DNA of 64,000 nucleotides from a virus, in IMG/VR virus record IMGVR_UViG_3300025133_000044, positions 1 to 64,000 of that record. One strand, given 5' to 3'. Positions 55,561 through 64,000 of this stretch are shown one piece after another (positions within the stretch are counted from its first letter, which is position 1; every line of letters starts with the position of its first letter). Position numbers and translations under genes: made by a program. The notes beneath the pieces were generated by a model. That model saw nothing but the letters and a program-made list of their open reading frames with translations. It searched no databases and had not been told where the DNA came from.

Positions 55561-58413
55561 TTAAGTTGAACAAACTCCAGTGACATGATACCTGATATCG
55601 TTTAATTGAGCATAGATACATGTAATGTCAACGTAGTCACCGTTAACGGCGCCGGCAATAATAGTTAAAGTTTGATCATCGGTGTGTACAATGTTAGCGG
55701 GTGCGCCTTCATCTGCAACTGAAACAATCCTAGAAATAAAAGTATCATTAGTGCCCGCGCCGGAAGCTGTCTCAATTGTGACTGCCTCATCGGTGACACC
55801 GACGTCGCGGCTGGTGCCTGTCGCGGTTTCATCGTTAACTATTACTCTTATATGCCAACCTTGAAGCGCTTTAAGTGTCGCCGCGTTGGTGGTGGTTGGC
55901 AGCGTAATTGCAAATGCTGCACCGGTGGTGCTAACAAGAATAGTTGCTCCATAATAGCCCTGCCAAGTACTAGTCAAATCGAGAGCAGAAGCAGCTCGGT
56001 GCACTGGTTTCTTGTAACCAAAGCCCCCCTCGCTGTTCCAGTCGTAACTGTATGCCGTAACGATACCGGCGCCTGGACCTCCACCATATGACAGGAAAGC
56101 TAAATCCATATCATCAACATTGGCGCCGAGACCGAGGAGGTCGGGCACTCCATGAGTAGCGGTACCTTGGACGGCCAGGCCGGATGAAAGGGTGAGAGCG
56201 CCGCTGTCGGTGATCCTCATGTGCTCAGTCGAAGTCGTATCATCGTCGTCATCAATGACGGATGTACCGAACACAAGGTCGCCACCTTTATCGCCGTCGC
56301 CATGATCTTCTGCAGCGTACGCAGCAATAAATACGGAAGCTTCTGTAATCGTGCTAGGCACATTGCCGTCTGTTGAATCAAAACCGATGCCGCCGAGCAA
56401 ATTAGTGTCTGCAGTTGAACTATCCGCACGAACGATCATTAAGCCATCGTCGCCGTCGACGCCAGTATGATCAATCTGCAGTTTGTTTGAAGGCGATGTC
56501 GTTCCGATGCCGACGTTATCGCCCAAAATAGCCATCTTGGTGTTTCCGCCAGTTTTAAATAAAAATCTGTCGGAGCCGTGATCGTAGTCGATTTGTCCCT
56601 CATCGTTGTCAGTGGGCGACCCAAAAATAATAGAACCACCATAAGCACCGGGAGATTGAAAATGTATCTTTGGCTTTTCATTGGACTCTAGAGTTAAAAT
56701 AGCGCCGTCCGTGGTGGCGATAGCTCCAGCAGAGCCGTTTTGAAGGTGTAGTGATGTTTCTGGGCTAGCCGTTCCGATACCGACGTTGCCACCGATGCCG
56801 ACGTTGCCAACGGGAGTTAATAGAATATCAGCGCCTGATTCGATTGTGAGATCGGTGCCATCGCCAGAGATTTTTTCACCACTGTCGCCGAACTCAAGCG
56901 ATTTTCCGCTAGCTATGAGGAAGGTCTCGCGGCCTCCATCAATTCTACAAATTTCGTTGCCATCAGAATCCATAAATTTGATATCTTTTTCTGCGGCGCC
57001 GTTGTAAATTTCGCAATCACCACTGTTGTTGGTGAATTTTATGAATTGTGTTCCAGCGTCTTTCAGGATAACATCGTTTGCAGCCGCATCAAGAATAATG
57101 TCACCAGATGCATCAAGTAAAATATCACCGGTGCCATCAAGCGTAATCCCTGCCACAGCAGCGAGGGCTGCGGCGCCGTTGACGTCAACTGTAAGAGTGG
57201 CAAACTTTGATCCATCATATGACCATTTTTGTTGTGTGCTGGTTGATAGCACTTCAAGCTGAGTATCTGGATCTCCCACGCCTAGGCCGACGTTGCCCTC
57301 GACAATTAACCCGTTTGTGGGAGCGGCAGTTGATCCAGCTTGACCGGCGCCGATGGTGACGCCTCCTGCAACATCAAGCTTTGATGCCACGGTGGCTGTT
57401 CCGATGCCGACGTTGCCGGACTCATCAATACGCAATCGCTCCAAATCCGAGGTGCGAAGCGTCAAGTCCCCGGCTGTATCAGATGAGCCTCTGAAACAGC
57501 GTATACCTGTGATGGGTGAGGCGCCCTCATTGTAAAACTGTATGAGGGCAGCAATATCGCCATCGGAGGTTCTGTTGTTATCAAACCTTAGTACTGTTAC
57601 TTCATCAACTTCTGTGGACTCTATCTTTACGGTTGGGTTTGATCCGGCGCTTTTTACGTGAAGAATGGTGTCGGGGGCCGCAGTGCCAATGCCAACACTG
57701 TCACCCAAAATTGTCATTTTGGTGTTCCCGCCTGTTTTAAACAGAAATCTATCTGAACCATGGTCGTAATCAATCTGCCCTTCGTCGTTATCAGTAGGAG
57801 ATCCAAATATAATAGAGCCGCCATAACCACCAGGAGACTGAAAATGTATTTTAGGCTTTTCATTAGACTCCAAGGTTAAAAGTGCGCCATCGGTTGTTGC
57901 GATAGTGCCAGCAGAGCCGTTTTGGATATGAAGTGATGTTTCTGGGCTGGCCGTGCCAACGCCGACCCTATTGTTGCTAGCATCTAAATATAAAGTGTTT
58001 GAATCAAAGTTTAGATTATTTGGGATTGTGACAGCTGATGCGCTAATAATAAGATTGTCGCCACTTGCGTCACCAATAGTTGTAGTGTCAGCTGAAATCT
58101 TGAAATCTTGTACGTGAGCATCAAGAGTTCCAGTAACATATAAGTTACCAGTAATACGAGCGTCACCCGTAACATCAAGTTCGTAAGCTGGATTTAATGT
58201 TTTGATACCAACATTATCCATAAAAGAAACAGCGTTGCCAGAACCAGACTGGAGAAATGATCCTGAAACAATGATGTGGGAACCGCTCAAGGTTAGATAT
58301 GAACCGCTCAAAGTTGCCTTTGCCGCATCAGTTTCACGTGAACCACTCAAGGCTAGATAAGAACCTGATAGCGGTCCGATGTTATTTACGTATAATCTGC
58401 TAGGGTTAGCCAT
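55561..58413 (-). CDS. fibre-like virion protein with GNVGIGT repeats
   Basis: Repeated G.VGIGT..P...LH units; N-terminal SGS repeats; located in the head module. Confidence 0.8.
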   Translation of the reverse strand: MANPSRLYVNNIGPLSGSYLALSGSRETDAAKATLSGSYLTLSGSHIIVSGSFLQSGSGNAVSFMDNVGIKTLNPAYELDVTGDARITGNLYVTGTLDAHVQDFKISADTTTIGDASGDNLIISASAVTIPNNLNFDSNTLYLDASNNRVGVGTASPETSLHIQNGSAGTIATTDGALLTLESNEKPKIHFQSPGGYGGSIIFGSPTDNDEGQIDYDHGSDRFLFKTGGNTKMTILGDSVGIGTAAPDTILHVKSAGSNPTVKIESTEVDEVTVLRFDNNRTSDGDIAALIQFYNEGASPITGIRCFRGSSDTAGDLTLRTSDLERLRIDESGNVGIGTATVASKLDVAGGVTIGAGQAGSTAAPTNGLIVEGNVGLGVGDPDTQLEVLSTSTQQKWSYDGSKFATLTVDVNGAAALAAVAGITLDGTGDILLDASGDIILDAAANDVILKDAGTQFIKFTNNSGDCEIYNGAAEKDIKFMDSDGNEICRIDGGRETFLIASGKSLEFGDSGEKISGDGTDLTIESGADILLTPVGNVGIGGNVGIGTASPETSLHLQNGSAGAIATTDGAILTLESNEKPKIHFQSPGAYGGSIIFGSPTDNDEGQIDYDHGSDRFLFKTGGNTKMAILGDNVGIGTTSPSNKLQIDHTGVDGDDGLMIVRADSSTADTNLLGGIGFDSTDGNVPSTITEASVFIAAYAAEDHGDGDKGGDLVFGTSVIDDDDDTTSTEHMRITDSGALTLSSGLAVQGTATHGVPDLLGLGANVDDMDLAFLSYGGGPGAGIVTAYSYDWNSEGGFGYKKPVHRAASALDLTSTWQGYYGATILVSTTGAAFAITLPTTTNAATLKALQGWHIRVIVNDETATGTSRDVGVTDEAVTIETASGAGTNDTFISRIVSVADEGAPANIVHTDDQTLTIIAGAVNGDYVDITCIYAQLNDIRYHVTGVCST
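56503..57963 (-). repeat. ~280-nt internal duplication (56503-56781 and 57685-57963)
   Basis: Two near-identical ~90-aa modules SPETSLH...SDRFLFKTGGNTKM. Confidence 0.9.
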
Positions 58414-58437
58414 GTTTATTTTTCCTTTTAATCAATT

Positions 58438-58974
58438 TTAGGGGTTCCATGTTTTATCAAATGCAAGCTCGCCCGAGACCAGCACTTGTCCTTGGATCTC
58501 AGTATCAGTAAACATGGAAAGGCGTGTATCGCCAGAGACAATGGACTGTATCCCTGTTGCGATCGAAACCTGGTCGCCCGGGCCTTCATGTATTTGGCCG
58601 GCCGTGCAGGTGTTTCCTATTACTATCGAAGCAATCGTATCTTGAAAAGATAATTTGATCCACTTACGTGGGAGGGTGTCATCAACGCAGCTACCTGAAT
58701 ATATAACCCAATCGTTATTCTGCCAATTTGATATTCCATCAACTGTTGTGGTTCCAGCAGTATTAACCTGCCAGTAATCTGCAACTGATGCTGTGAGATT
58801 GGTTGTAGAGTGATAACCACCAGCAGCAGTGGTTGTAGCAAAAACAGAAGGTGAAACTGAGCCCTGCACAGAACCGTCGATGTCGGCTCCTGCACCAGTA
58901 TTAGCATCAGCGTTCCAAAAACCTTGGAATCTGGCTGCTCCTAGAAAGGATATGCTACCTGTTGCTGTTGGCAT
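58438..58974 (-). CDS. putative virion structural protein
   Basis: FQGFWNA..N, YW.V.TAG.T..DG...W..NDW.IY motif seen in fibre/adaptor domains. Confidence 0.65.
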   Translation of the reverse strand: MPTATGSISFLGAARFQGFWNADANTGAGADIDGSVQGSVSPSVFATTTAAGGYHSTTNLTASVADYWQVNTAGTTTVDGISNWQNNDWVIYSGSCVDDTLPRKWIKLSFQDTIASIVIGNTCTAGQIHEGPGDQVSIATGIQSIVSGDTRLSMFTDTEIQGQVLVSGELAFDKTWNP

Positions 58975-59130
58975 GTTGAAAATTCTCCTGCTACAGATAA
59001 GTAGATAGTTCCAATTAAAATCGTCTTGTTAAACTTTTTTAATCAACGCCTAATATTGCTGTCTACCCTGGTGCCCATCCGAACGGGTTCGTGGCGATGG
59101 TACTGGTGAGGAGAGTATACCATTTTACTC

Positions 59131-59622
59131 TCATTCAGTTATGCCTGAACCAGTTAAGTGAGGCATCCTTTGAGTTGGAATATTTGTTAATTCAGCATAA
59201 ACCATATACCTTAAATTACTAGTATCTCCTGTCAAATTAGAAATATATAATTTTGTGCATTTAACGCTCATGAGGCCAGTGGTTGCAAATTGGACAAGGG
59301 GCATATAATGGAAGCCTGCAATCACATCGGCGGTCGCGGCGATGTCCTGGTGGCCGGTGGGGCCGGGTACTGTAACTGCAGCTGCTGAACCGCTTTGAAA
59401 ATGTACTAAAATCGGTTTATCCGCGGCGCTAACATTAGCTACAGTAATCGTTTTTGTAACATAAGGAAATTCAATCATGTGTACTTTGCCATCATCTAAA
59501 TCCCAAGACCCGGTCACCCACGGCATGCCAGAAACCTGGTATGAACCTACGTTTCTTAATCCAACTCTGGGGGCGCCCCCAAATACTACGTGATCAGTCG
59601 CTACCTTTGGATTTTCAGCCAT
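59131..59622 (-). CDS. putative virion structural protein
   Basis: GL.NVGSYQVSG.PWVTGS, FPYVTK, AELT.I. Confidence 0.7.
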   Translation of the reverse strand: MAENPKVATDHVVFGGAPRVGLRNVGSYQVSGMPWVTGSWDLDDGKVHMIEFPYVTKTITVANVSAADKPILVHFQSGSAAAVTVPGPTGHQDIAATADVIAGFHYMPLVQFATTGLMSVKCTKLYISNLTGDTSNLRYMVYAELTNIPTQRMPHLTGSGITE

Positions 59623-59631
59623 TTTTTTCTC

Positions 59632-59865
59632 CTACCTTATATTTAGTTTTCTATTCCTTTCCTGCTCAGCTTTTCTGGCATTCTGGAATTTTTTAATTTT
59701 TTCTTGTCTGCGTTTTTTTGATGGCTTGACATAGAATCTTCTATCTAAATAGTCTTCAATTATTCTTTCTTTTTTGACCTTTTTAATAAACTTTCTTATT
59801 AAGCGATTTATATCACCGCCTACTTCTCTTATATCAACTGTTACGTTGGCGGGTCTTTTGCTCAT
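59632..59865 (-). CDS. rpsU: ribosomal protein bS21
   Basis: V.V...INRLIRKF.KKV....I.....RRFYVKPS.KRR. Confidence 0.88.
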   Translation of the reverse strand: MSKRPANVTVDIREVGGDINRLIRKFIKKVKKERIIEDYLDRRFYVKPSKKRRQEKIKKFQNARKAEQERNRKLNIR

Positions 59866-60242
59866 ATCATTTGTTTCCACTTTTCATCTACGATATTTAA
59901 TATACCAGAGATATCAACACCAGAATCGTTAGAAGCAACACCAGCAAGTGGAGATCCAGGCTGCGAGTCCGTTATTTCCGGAACATTTTCAAAAACATCC
60001 GCTTTAACTTTTGCTGACTCATTTAAACGTCGAATTCGTTCTTGGCGATCTCGTTCGTATCGTTCTTCCAAATCTTCTTTTTCTGAGTTTTTATTCTTTT
60101 TCGTTTCCATCACGACATTTGAATTTAAACCTTTAACAACTTCAGTAATAATACCTGATAATATTCCTTCTTCTAATATTACTTCTTTAACTGTTTGTTT
60201 AATTAAGGGTTTAAGAATTTTTTTAAAATCTGCTCTTTTCAT
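59862..60242 (-). CDS. hypothetical protein (head module)
   Basis: LKPLIKQTVKEVILEEG; GVDISGI. Confidence 0.8.
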   Translation of the reverse strand: MKRADFKKILKPLIKQTVKEVILEEGILSGIITEVVKGLNSNVVMETKKNKNSEKEDLEERYERDRQERIRRLNESAKVKADVFENVPEITDSQPGSPLAGVASNDSGVDISGILNIVDEKWKQMI

Positions 60243-60243
60243 T

Positions 60244-60861
60244 TTAATCTCTTAATATTGAATCTAATAGTTCATCAATTTTATTATTTTTTGATTCTCT
60301 CAAATATAAATTAACTTCTGGACTGATGTCCGTAGTCGGCGTTAAATATGCACCTGGCGTTGAAGGTTCTGACACCATATCAAAACAAATAAGTTGGAAA
60401 TCATCTTCAACGATTGTTTTTCCATCTTTTTCTTTGACGGAGCCCAAGCCACGAGATGAGATACCAAGTTTGACATTGGCTTTTACAAGATCTTTGAGAA
60501 TTTTGCCTGAAGGGGTATCGAGTACTTCAAATTTTCCCATTACATTCTCGCCATCCCACCACATTTTTATAGCAAGATGAGAAGCGTTCTTAAGATTGAT
60601 CACGCTATCATCCGGATGGTCGAGTTCACCTAGAGATCTCCTTTCTCGAATCGCTTTTTGATAATTTTCAACTTCACGATTAAGAGTCTCTTTGCGATAC
60701 ACCCGTCCATTGCCATTTTTAGTGCCGGCCTTTTGACAGACGCCCACGAGGTATACTGCCCCGTCCATAGCTCTTTTTCTTTCAGCTTCGGTTAAAACAT
60801 TTACTGGGCAACGACCTTCAGGGCACAGCTCAAAGTATTCTTGTAAAAGCTGTTGTGCCAT
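60244..60861 (-). CDS. prohead protease (T4 gp21-like)
   Basis: N.NGRVY, LGELDHP, SH, TPSG.I, GISSRGLGS, D.V..PS. Confidence 0.95.
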   Translation of the reverse strand: MAQQLLQEYFELCPEGRCPVNVLTEAERKRAMDGAVYLVGVCQKAGTKNGNGRVYRKETLNREVENYQKAIRERRSLGELDHPDDSVINLKNASHLAIKMWWDGENVMGKFEVLDTPSGKILKDLVKANVKLGISSRGLGSVKEKDGKTIVEDDFQLICFDMVSEPSTPGAYLTPTTDISPEVNLYLRESKNNKIDELLDSILRD

Positions 60862-60867
60862 TTTTTA

Positions 60868-61023
60868 TTATTTTCTCACTTTTGTTGTCAAGTTCGGGCC
60901 AATTTTACCTTTACCAGCGCCTGGGGGTGCTTGATTTGCAACTTTACCCGGATTTTTAACTCCCCATTTCATTGAATCTGCGTTGCCAGTAGACTGACTA
61001 GTCCCTTTTTCTTTCTCAGACAT
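60868..61023 (-). CDS. 51-aa Gly/Lys-rich hypothetical protein (not in ORF track)
   Basis: AAGGAG SD; MSEKEKGTSQSTGNADSMKWG...TTKVRK*. Confidence 0.6.
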   Translation of the reverse strand: MSEKEKGTSQSTGNADSMKWGVKNPGKVANQAPPGAGKGKIGPNLTTKVRK

Positions 61024-61068
61024 TTTTTTCTCCTTTTAAAAAGTTTATACAATTTGTGAGGCTCCCCC

Positions 61069-61128
61069 TCACGCGATATCGCTACCGTTACAGCAGCGAC
61101 GGACTTGTGGAATATTACGCCGTTTCAT
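61069..61128 (-). CDS. 19-aa micro-ORF MKRRNIPQVRRCCNGSDIA
   Basis: ATGA overlap with upstream stop; GGAGG SD 9 nt before ATG. Confidence 0.4.
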   Translation of the reverse strand: MKRRNIPQVRRCCNGSDIA

Positions 61129-61439
61129 TGTTCATCACCTCCATGTGTATTTCTAAATTTTAAGCCGAAATCATTCAATAACATGCTCAAGAAATAACTT
61201 GTCCCGGCTGATAACCATCCCAAAAGTAATCCGTTTATTAAATTGTATTCAAATGTAAATAGTTCTGTAAAACAGTTGATCCCCCACAAAAAAACACCTA
61301 CCCAAAATCCTAAACAAAGAGGACAATGGAACAATTCACCTAATTTACCTTTAGCTGGTCTAATCCAATCAAAAATTGAGCCGTAAATAAGGATATACGT
61401 TAAGCCGTAAGCACACAAAACAAAATATATTAATTCCAT
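61125..61439 (-). CDS. small membrane protein with CxxC (DUF1360-like)
   Basis: Three hydrophobic segments; LFHCPLCLGFWVG. Confidence 0.7.
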   Translation of the reverse strand: MELIYFVLCAYGLTYILIYGSIFDWIRPAKGKLGELFHCPLCLGFWVGVFLWGINCFTELFTFEYNLINGLLLGWLSAGTSYFLSMLLNDFGLKFRNTHGGDEQ

Positions 61440-61446
61440 GAGTTAC

Positions 61447-61971
61447 CTATATACGATAAATTGACGATATGCCATAGGCCGGCCCATTCGGGCGCATGGA
61501 GCCTTTTCTGTCACTATGATATCTTGCAGGATCAAATTCTGTATATTCATCAACCTCTGGTTCAAGCAAATTCCTCTCCACTTCTTTTTCAAACTCTTTT
61601 TGATCTTTATAAAACGGTAAGTCCTCGTCAAAGTACTTAGATATTGCGTATAAACAGTATTGAACAGCGTCACCTTCTTTTGGGTCAGGATAAGAAGCCT
61701 CCATAGACATAAATAAATTTCCAGCTTGTACAGTATCATAATTTATGACACCATTTAAATTTAAAAACTTAAAAAGTCGAGCTTGTGTTTCATAAATTTC
61801 ATCGTCTAACTCTTCTTTTGGTAAAGCAACTATTTTCTTTTGGGCCGGCAAAATCATAATATCAAGCTCTGGATGGTCAACAATTATTATGTTTCCATCA
61901 ATAGTCTTCTTTGCCTTAAGCTTGATTTTTTCAATCGAAGGCTCTTCTATGATTTTAATAACTATCGGCAT
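61447..61971 (-). CDS. hypothetical protein
   Basis: 174-aa ORF coupled to upstream gene. Confidence 0.8.
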   Translation of the reverse strand: MPIVIKIIEEPSIEKIKLKAKKTIDGNIIIVDHPELDIMILPAQKKIVALPKEELDDEIYETQARLFKFLNLNGVINYDTVQAGNLFMSMEASYPDPKEGDAVQYCLYAISKYFDEDLPFYKDQKEFEKEVERNLLEPEVDEYTEFDPARYHSDRKGSMRPNGPAYGISSIYRI

Positions 61972-62777
61972 TATTTATTCATCTCGCTAGCTAGTGATTG
62001 TATTTGAAAAATTTCAAGTATTAAATCTTTATCTAATTTTCTCTGATTATAATTCGATATACGCTCTAAGAGTTTTTGTACCTTCTCTTTTGTTATATCA
62101 TCTTGAGATATTATTTTTTCTTCTAACGTACTTGAAAGTCTGGAGATCTCTTCGTATAAGAGAGCTTTAAACTCCAAGCCATTATCCATATATGATGTAA
62201 TATATTTGTTTAGAAGGTCTCTTTGTGATTCGTTTAGCTTCGTTGAATATTCTTGATTAAATTTCTCAACGAAATTTTTCATAGCTAAATTATTAATTTT
62301 AGGAAACTTATTTTTATCTTTCTGTTCTACCAAAAAAGTATCTAAAAACTTTTTTTCAAGTAAAACTTGCTTTTTAGGGCTTAAATTCTCTTGTAAAAGT
62401 TGGTTGATGGTAGCTAGTTTTTTAAAAGAAGGAACAAAATTTTTCCAAACACTTCTTGTTAGAGACTTATTCATCTTATTAATCAATTTGGTTTGTTGGT
62501 TGAAAATATCTTTTCTGTCCAGTGAACTAAATTGTTTTTTAGCTTCAATTATTAATTTTTCTAAAGTCTCCCTTGAGAATCCTTCAACTCCTGTAAAAGA
62601 ATCATATATATCTTTTTCTTTACCTAAGCTTTTTCCTTTGCCAAAGGACTCTTTAAGAAGAGAAACAATCATATTTTTTTTAGTAGTGTCTTCTCGTAAA
62701 ACAGCTTTAGTTAACTCTTTGATTAATATTTCATAAATCAAAGCAGTGTTTCTTTTTTTATTATGACTAAGTTTCAT
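61971..62777 (-). CDS. hypothetical protein following portal
   Basis: HNKKRNT..IYE.L, FN..YS..LNE.Q..LL..YI. Confidence 0.8.
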   Translation of the reverse strand: MKLSHNKKRNTALIYEILIKELTKAVLREDTTKKNMIVSLLKESFGKGKSLGKEKDIYDSFTGVEGFSRETLEKLIIEAKKQFSSLDRKDIFNQQTKLINKMNKSLTRSVWKNFVPSFKKLATINQLLQENLSPKKQVLLEKKFLDTFLVEQKDKNKFPKINNLAMKNFVEKFNQEYSTKLNESQRDLLNKYITSYMDNGLEFKALLYEEISRLSSTLEEKIISQDDITKEKVQKLLERISNYNQRKLDKDLILEIFQIQSLASEMNK

Positions 62778-64000
62778 CAATAGTTTTCTCCAAAGAATCA
62801 ATCAGAACTTTAATTTCGTAATTTTCTTTAAATAATTTAGCTTCTTGTTCATCATAATTAGATTCTACTTCTTCCGAAAGATTATAAAGTGATTTTAAAT
62901 CAGCGTATCCTTTTAAAGTATTTCTTGTAGTGCCACTACCCAGTTCTGCGCCGACCATACCAAGCATTGAGCGTCTTCGAGGACCAGACGATTTTCTCTT
63001 ATCGTGGTCGCGCGGTTTATACCAACCATGAGATTTAGACGTAGTGGTCTGTCGTCTACCATATTTGTCTCTTTTAGTATATGGCCAATCGTCGCGATTG
63101 CCGGGTGCTTTGGCGGCGTCGCCTGGGTCTTGGCCGGCGCCGGCAAGAAGTGGACCTCCCTCTTCCTCTGGGCCTTCTGGAGCGCCGGGTGCTTCGGCGC
63201 CTAATTCTTCAGCGCCTTCTAGTTCACCTCCCATCTCGGGGCCTGCTCCTTCAAAATCTTCCATGCCCCCAAGGGCGCCGCCCATGCCTCCGCCGGCTGC
63301 TGCTGCAGCCTCAGCAACTTGTTCTAAAGCAAAATCGTGTTTTCTATCATAATATGCTTCATGCTGCATTCTTTGGAACTCCTGTTCACTAATATTCAAA
63401 ATGTTCTTGGAAACCCAGCGTCGACTGAAATATCCTTCACTTGCGGCGTCTGCAGCCTCAAATCTAGCTTTCCAATGTTCAAGCTCTTGCAGTTCTGATA
63501 TCTTTGAAGGATTATTTAAAGCTAATTTATAAGACAATAAATCGTTTCCACGATAACCCATTGTGAAAAGGTGTACGATCCCTACTTTTTCAAGTTCTGA
63601 TACAAGCGATCTTTGCAATCTTTGAATTGTTCTAGCGAATCTAACATCTTTTTGTGCTAATGTTGCCTTATCTTCTTCAGACCCTTCTCCTCTTGATAAA
63701 TATGAAGCAGGTATTTTTAATGCACTGAAGAGTTTATCCCTTAAATATTTAACATCATCGATAGCGTCAGTATACTTGCCTCCGCCGAGATTTTCTATCT
63801 TTGTGTTTGAAGCTTGGCCTCGGACTGGAATGTAATAATCTTCTTCAATACTCAATGGGTTATAGCGTAAATCAACTCGGCCACTATTAACGTCGACAAT
63901 TTGATTTCTTTTCATCTGAGTCATAACTTTTTGCATATATTGTTCTACATCTTCTGGTGGTATGTTGCCAACATCGATATAAAATGCCCTACGGTCAGGA
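62767..64000 (-). CDS. portal protein (T4 gp20-like), 5' part outside window
   Basis: PDRRAFYIDVGNIP, EDYYIPVRG, I..L.GG, DDV.Y...KLF.ALKIP, D.RFAR.I.RLQ. Confidence 0.95.
   Translation of the reverse strand, partial: PDRRAFYIDVGNIPPEDVEQYMQKVMTQMKRNQIVDVNSGRVDLRYNPLSIEEDYYIPVRGQASNTKIENLGGGKYTDAIDDVKYLRDKLFSALKIPASYLSRGEGSEEDKATLAQKDVRFARTIQRLQRSLVSELEKVGIVHLFTMGYRGNDLLSYKLALNNPSKISELQELEHWKARFEAADAASEGYFSRRWVSKNILNISEQEFQRMQHEAYYDRKHDFALEQVAEAAAAAGGGMGGALGGMEDFEGAGPEMGGELEGAEELGAEAPGAPEGPEEEGGPLLAGAGQDPGDAAKAPGNRDDWPYTKRDKYGRRQTTTSKSHGWYKPRDHDKRKSSGPRRRSMLGMVGAELGSGTTRNTLKGYADLKSLYNLSEEVESNYDEQEAKLFKENYEIKVLIDSLEKTIDET

Noticed and set aside
56503-57963. Diversity-generating retroelement template/variable repeat pair
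   Set aside because: Differences are at third codon positions of all base types, not adenine-specific; both copies are in frame in one gene; no reverse transcriptase in the window.
61443-61739. Alternative-frame ORF overlapping 61447..61971
   Set aside because: Overlaps a better-supported, translationally coupled gene in another frame.

Overview
A 64 kb segment of a large, AT-rich, T4-like myovirus (jumbo-type bacteriophage) genome. It uses the standard genetic code and essentially all genes lie on the minus strand. In transcription order (right to left) it carries: (1) a head module (portal gp20 cut by the window edge, prohead protease gp21, ribosomal protein bS21, a fibre-like protein, scaffold gp22, major capsid gp23); (2) a neck/tail module (gp13/14/15-like, sheath, tube, gp26/gp51-like chaperone pair, tape measure, baseplate); (3) a replication/recombination/nucleotide module (short family-A polymerase, FtsZ/tubulin-like protein, gp32-like SSB, RecA/UvsX, deaminase, 5'-3' exonuclease, DnaB-like helicase, NrdJ, ThyX, DnaE, dUTPase, IMPDH/GMPR); (4) a proteostasis cluster (ClpP, GroEL, GroES, glutaredoxin, Hsp20, peptide deformylase, trypsin-like protease); (5) an accessory region with three tRNAs (Leu-UAA, Arg-UCU, Glu-UUC). 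The most notable unexplained signals are: a twice-repeated 33-nt structured RNA element with compensatory base changes that brackets a 60-aa gene between ssb and recA; a recurring CTA(N)TTA leader motif (putative late promoter, reverse complement of the T4 late box) marking structural genes and a dispersed set of likely head-packaged proteins; a ROSE-like thermometer before hsp20; a T7 slippery site joining the tail-chaperone ORFs in the +1/-2 frame; and a fibre whose C-terminal domain is paralogous to a small capsid-adjacent protein. All product calls come from motif recognition by eye; no database searches were run.
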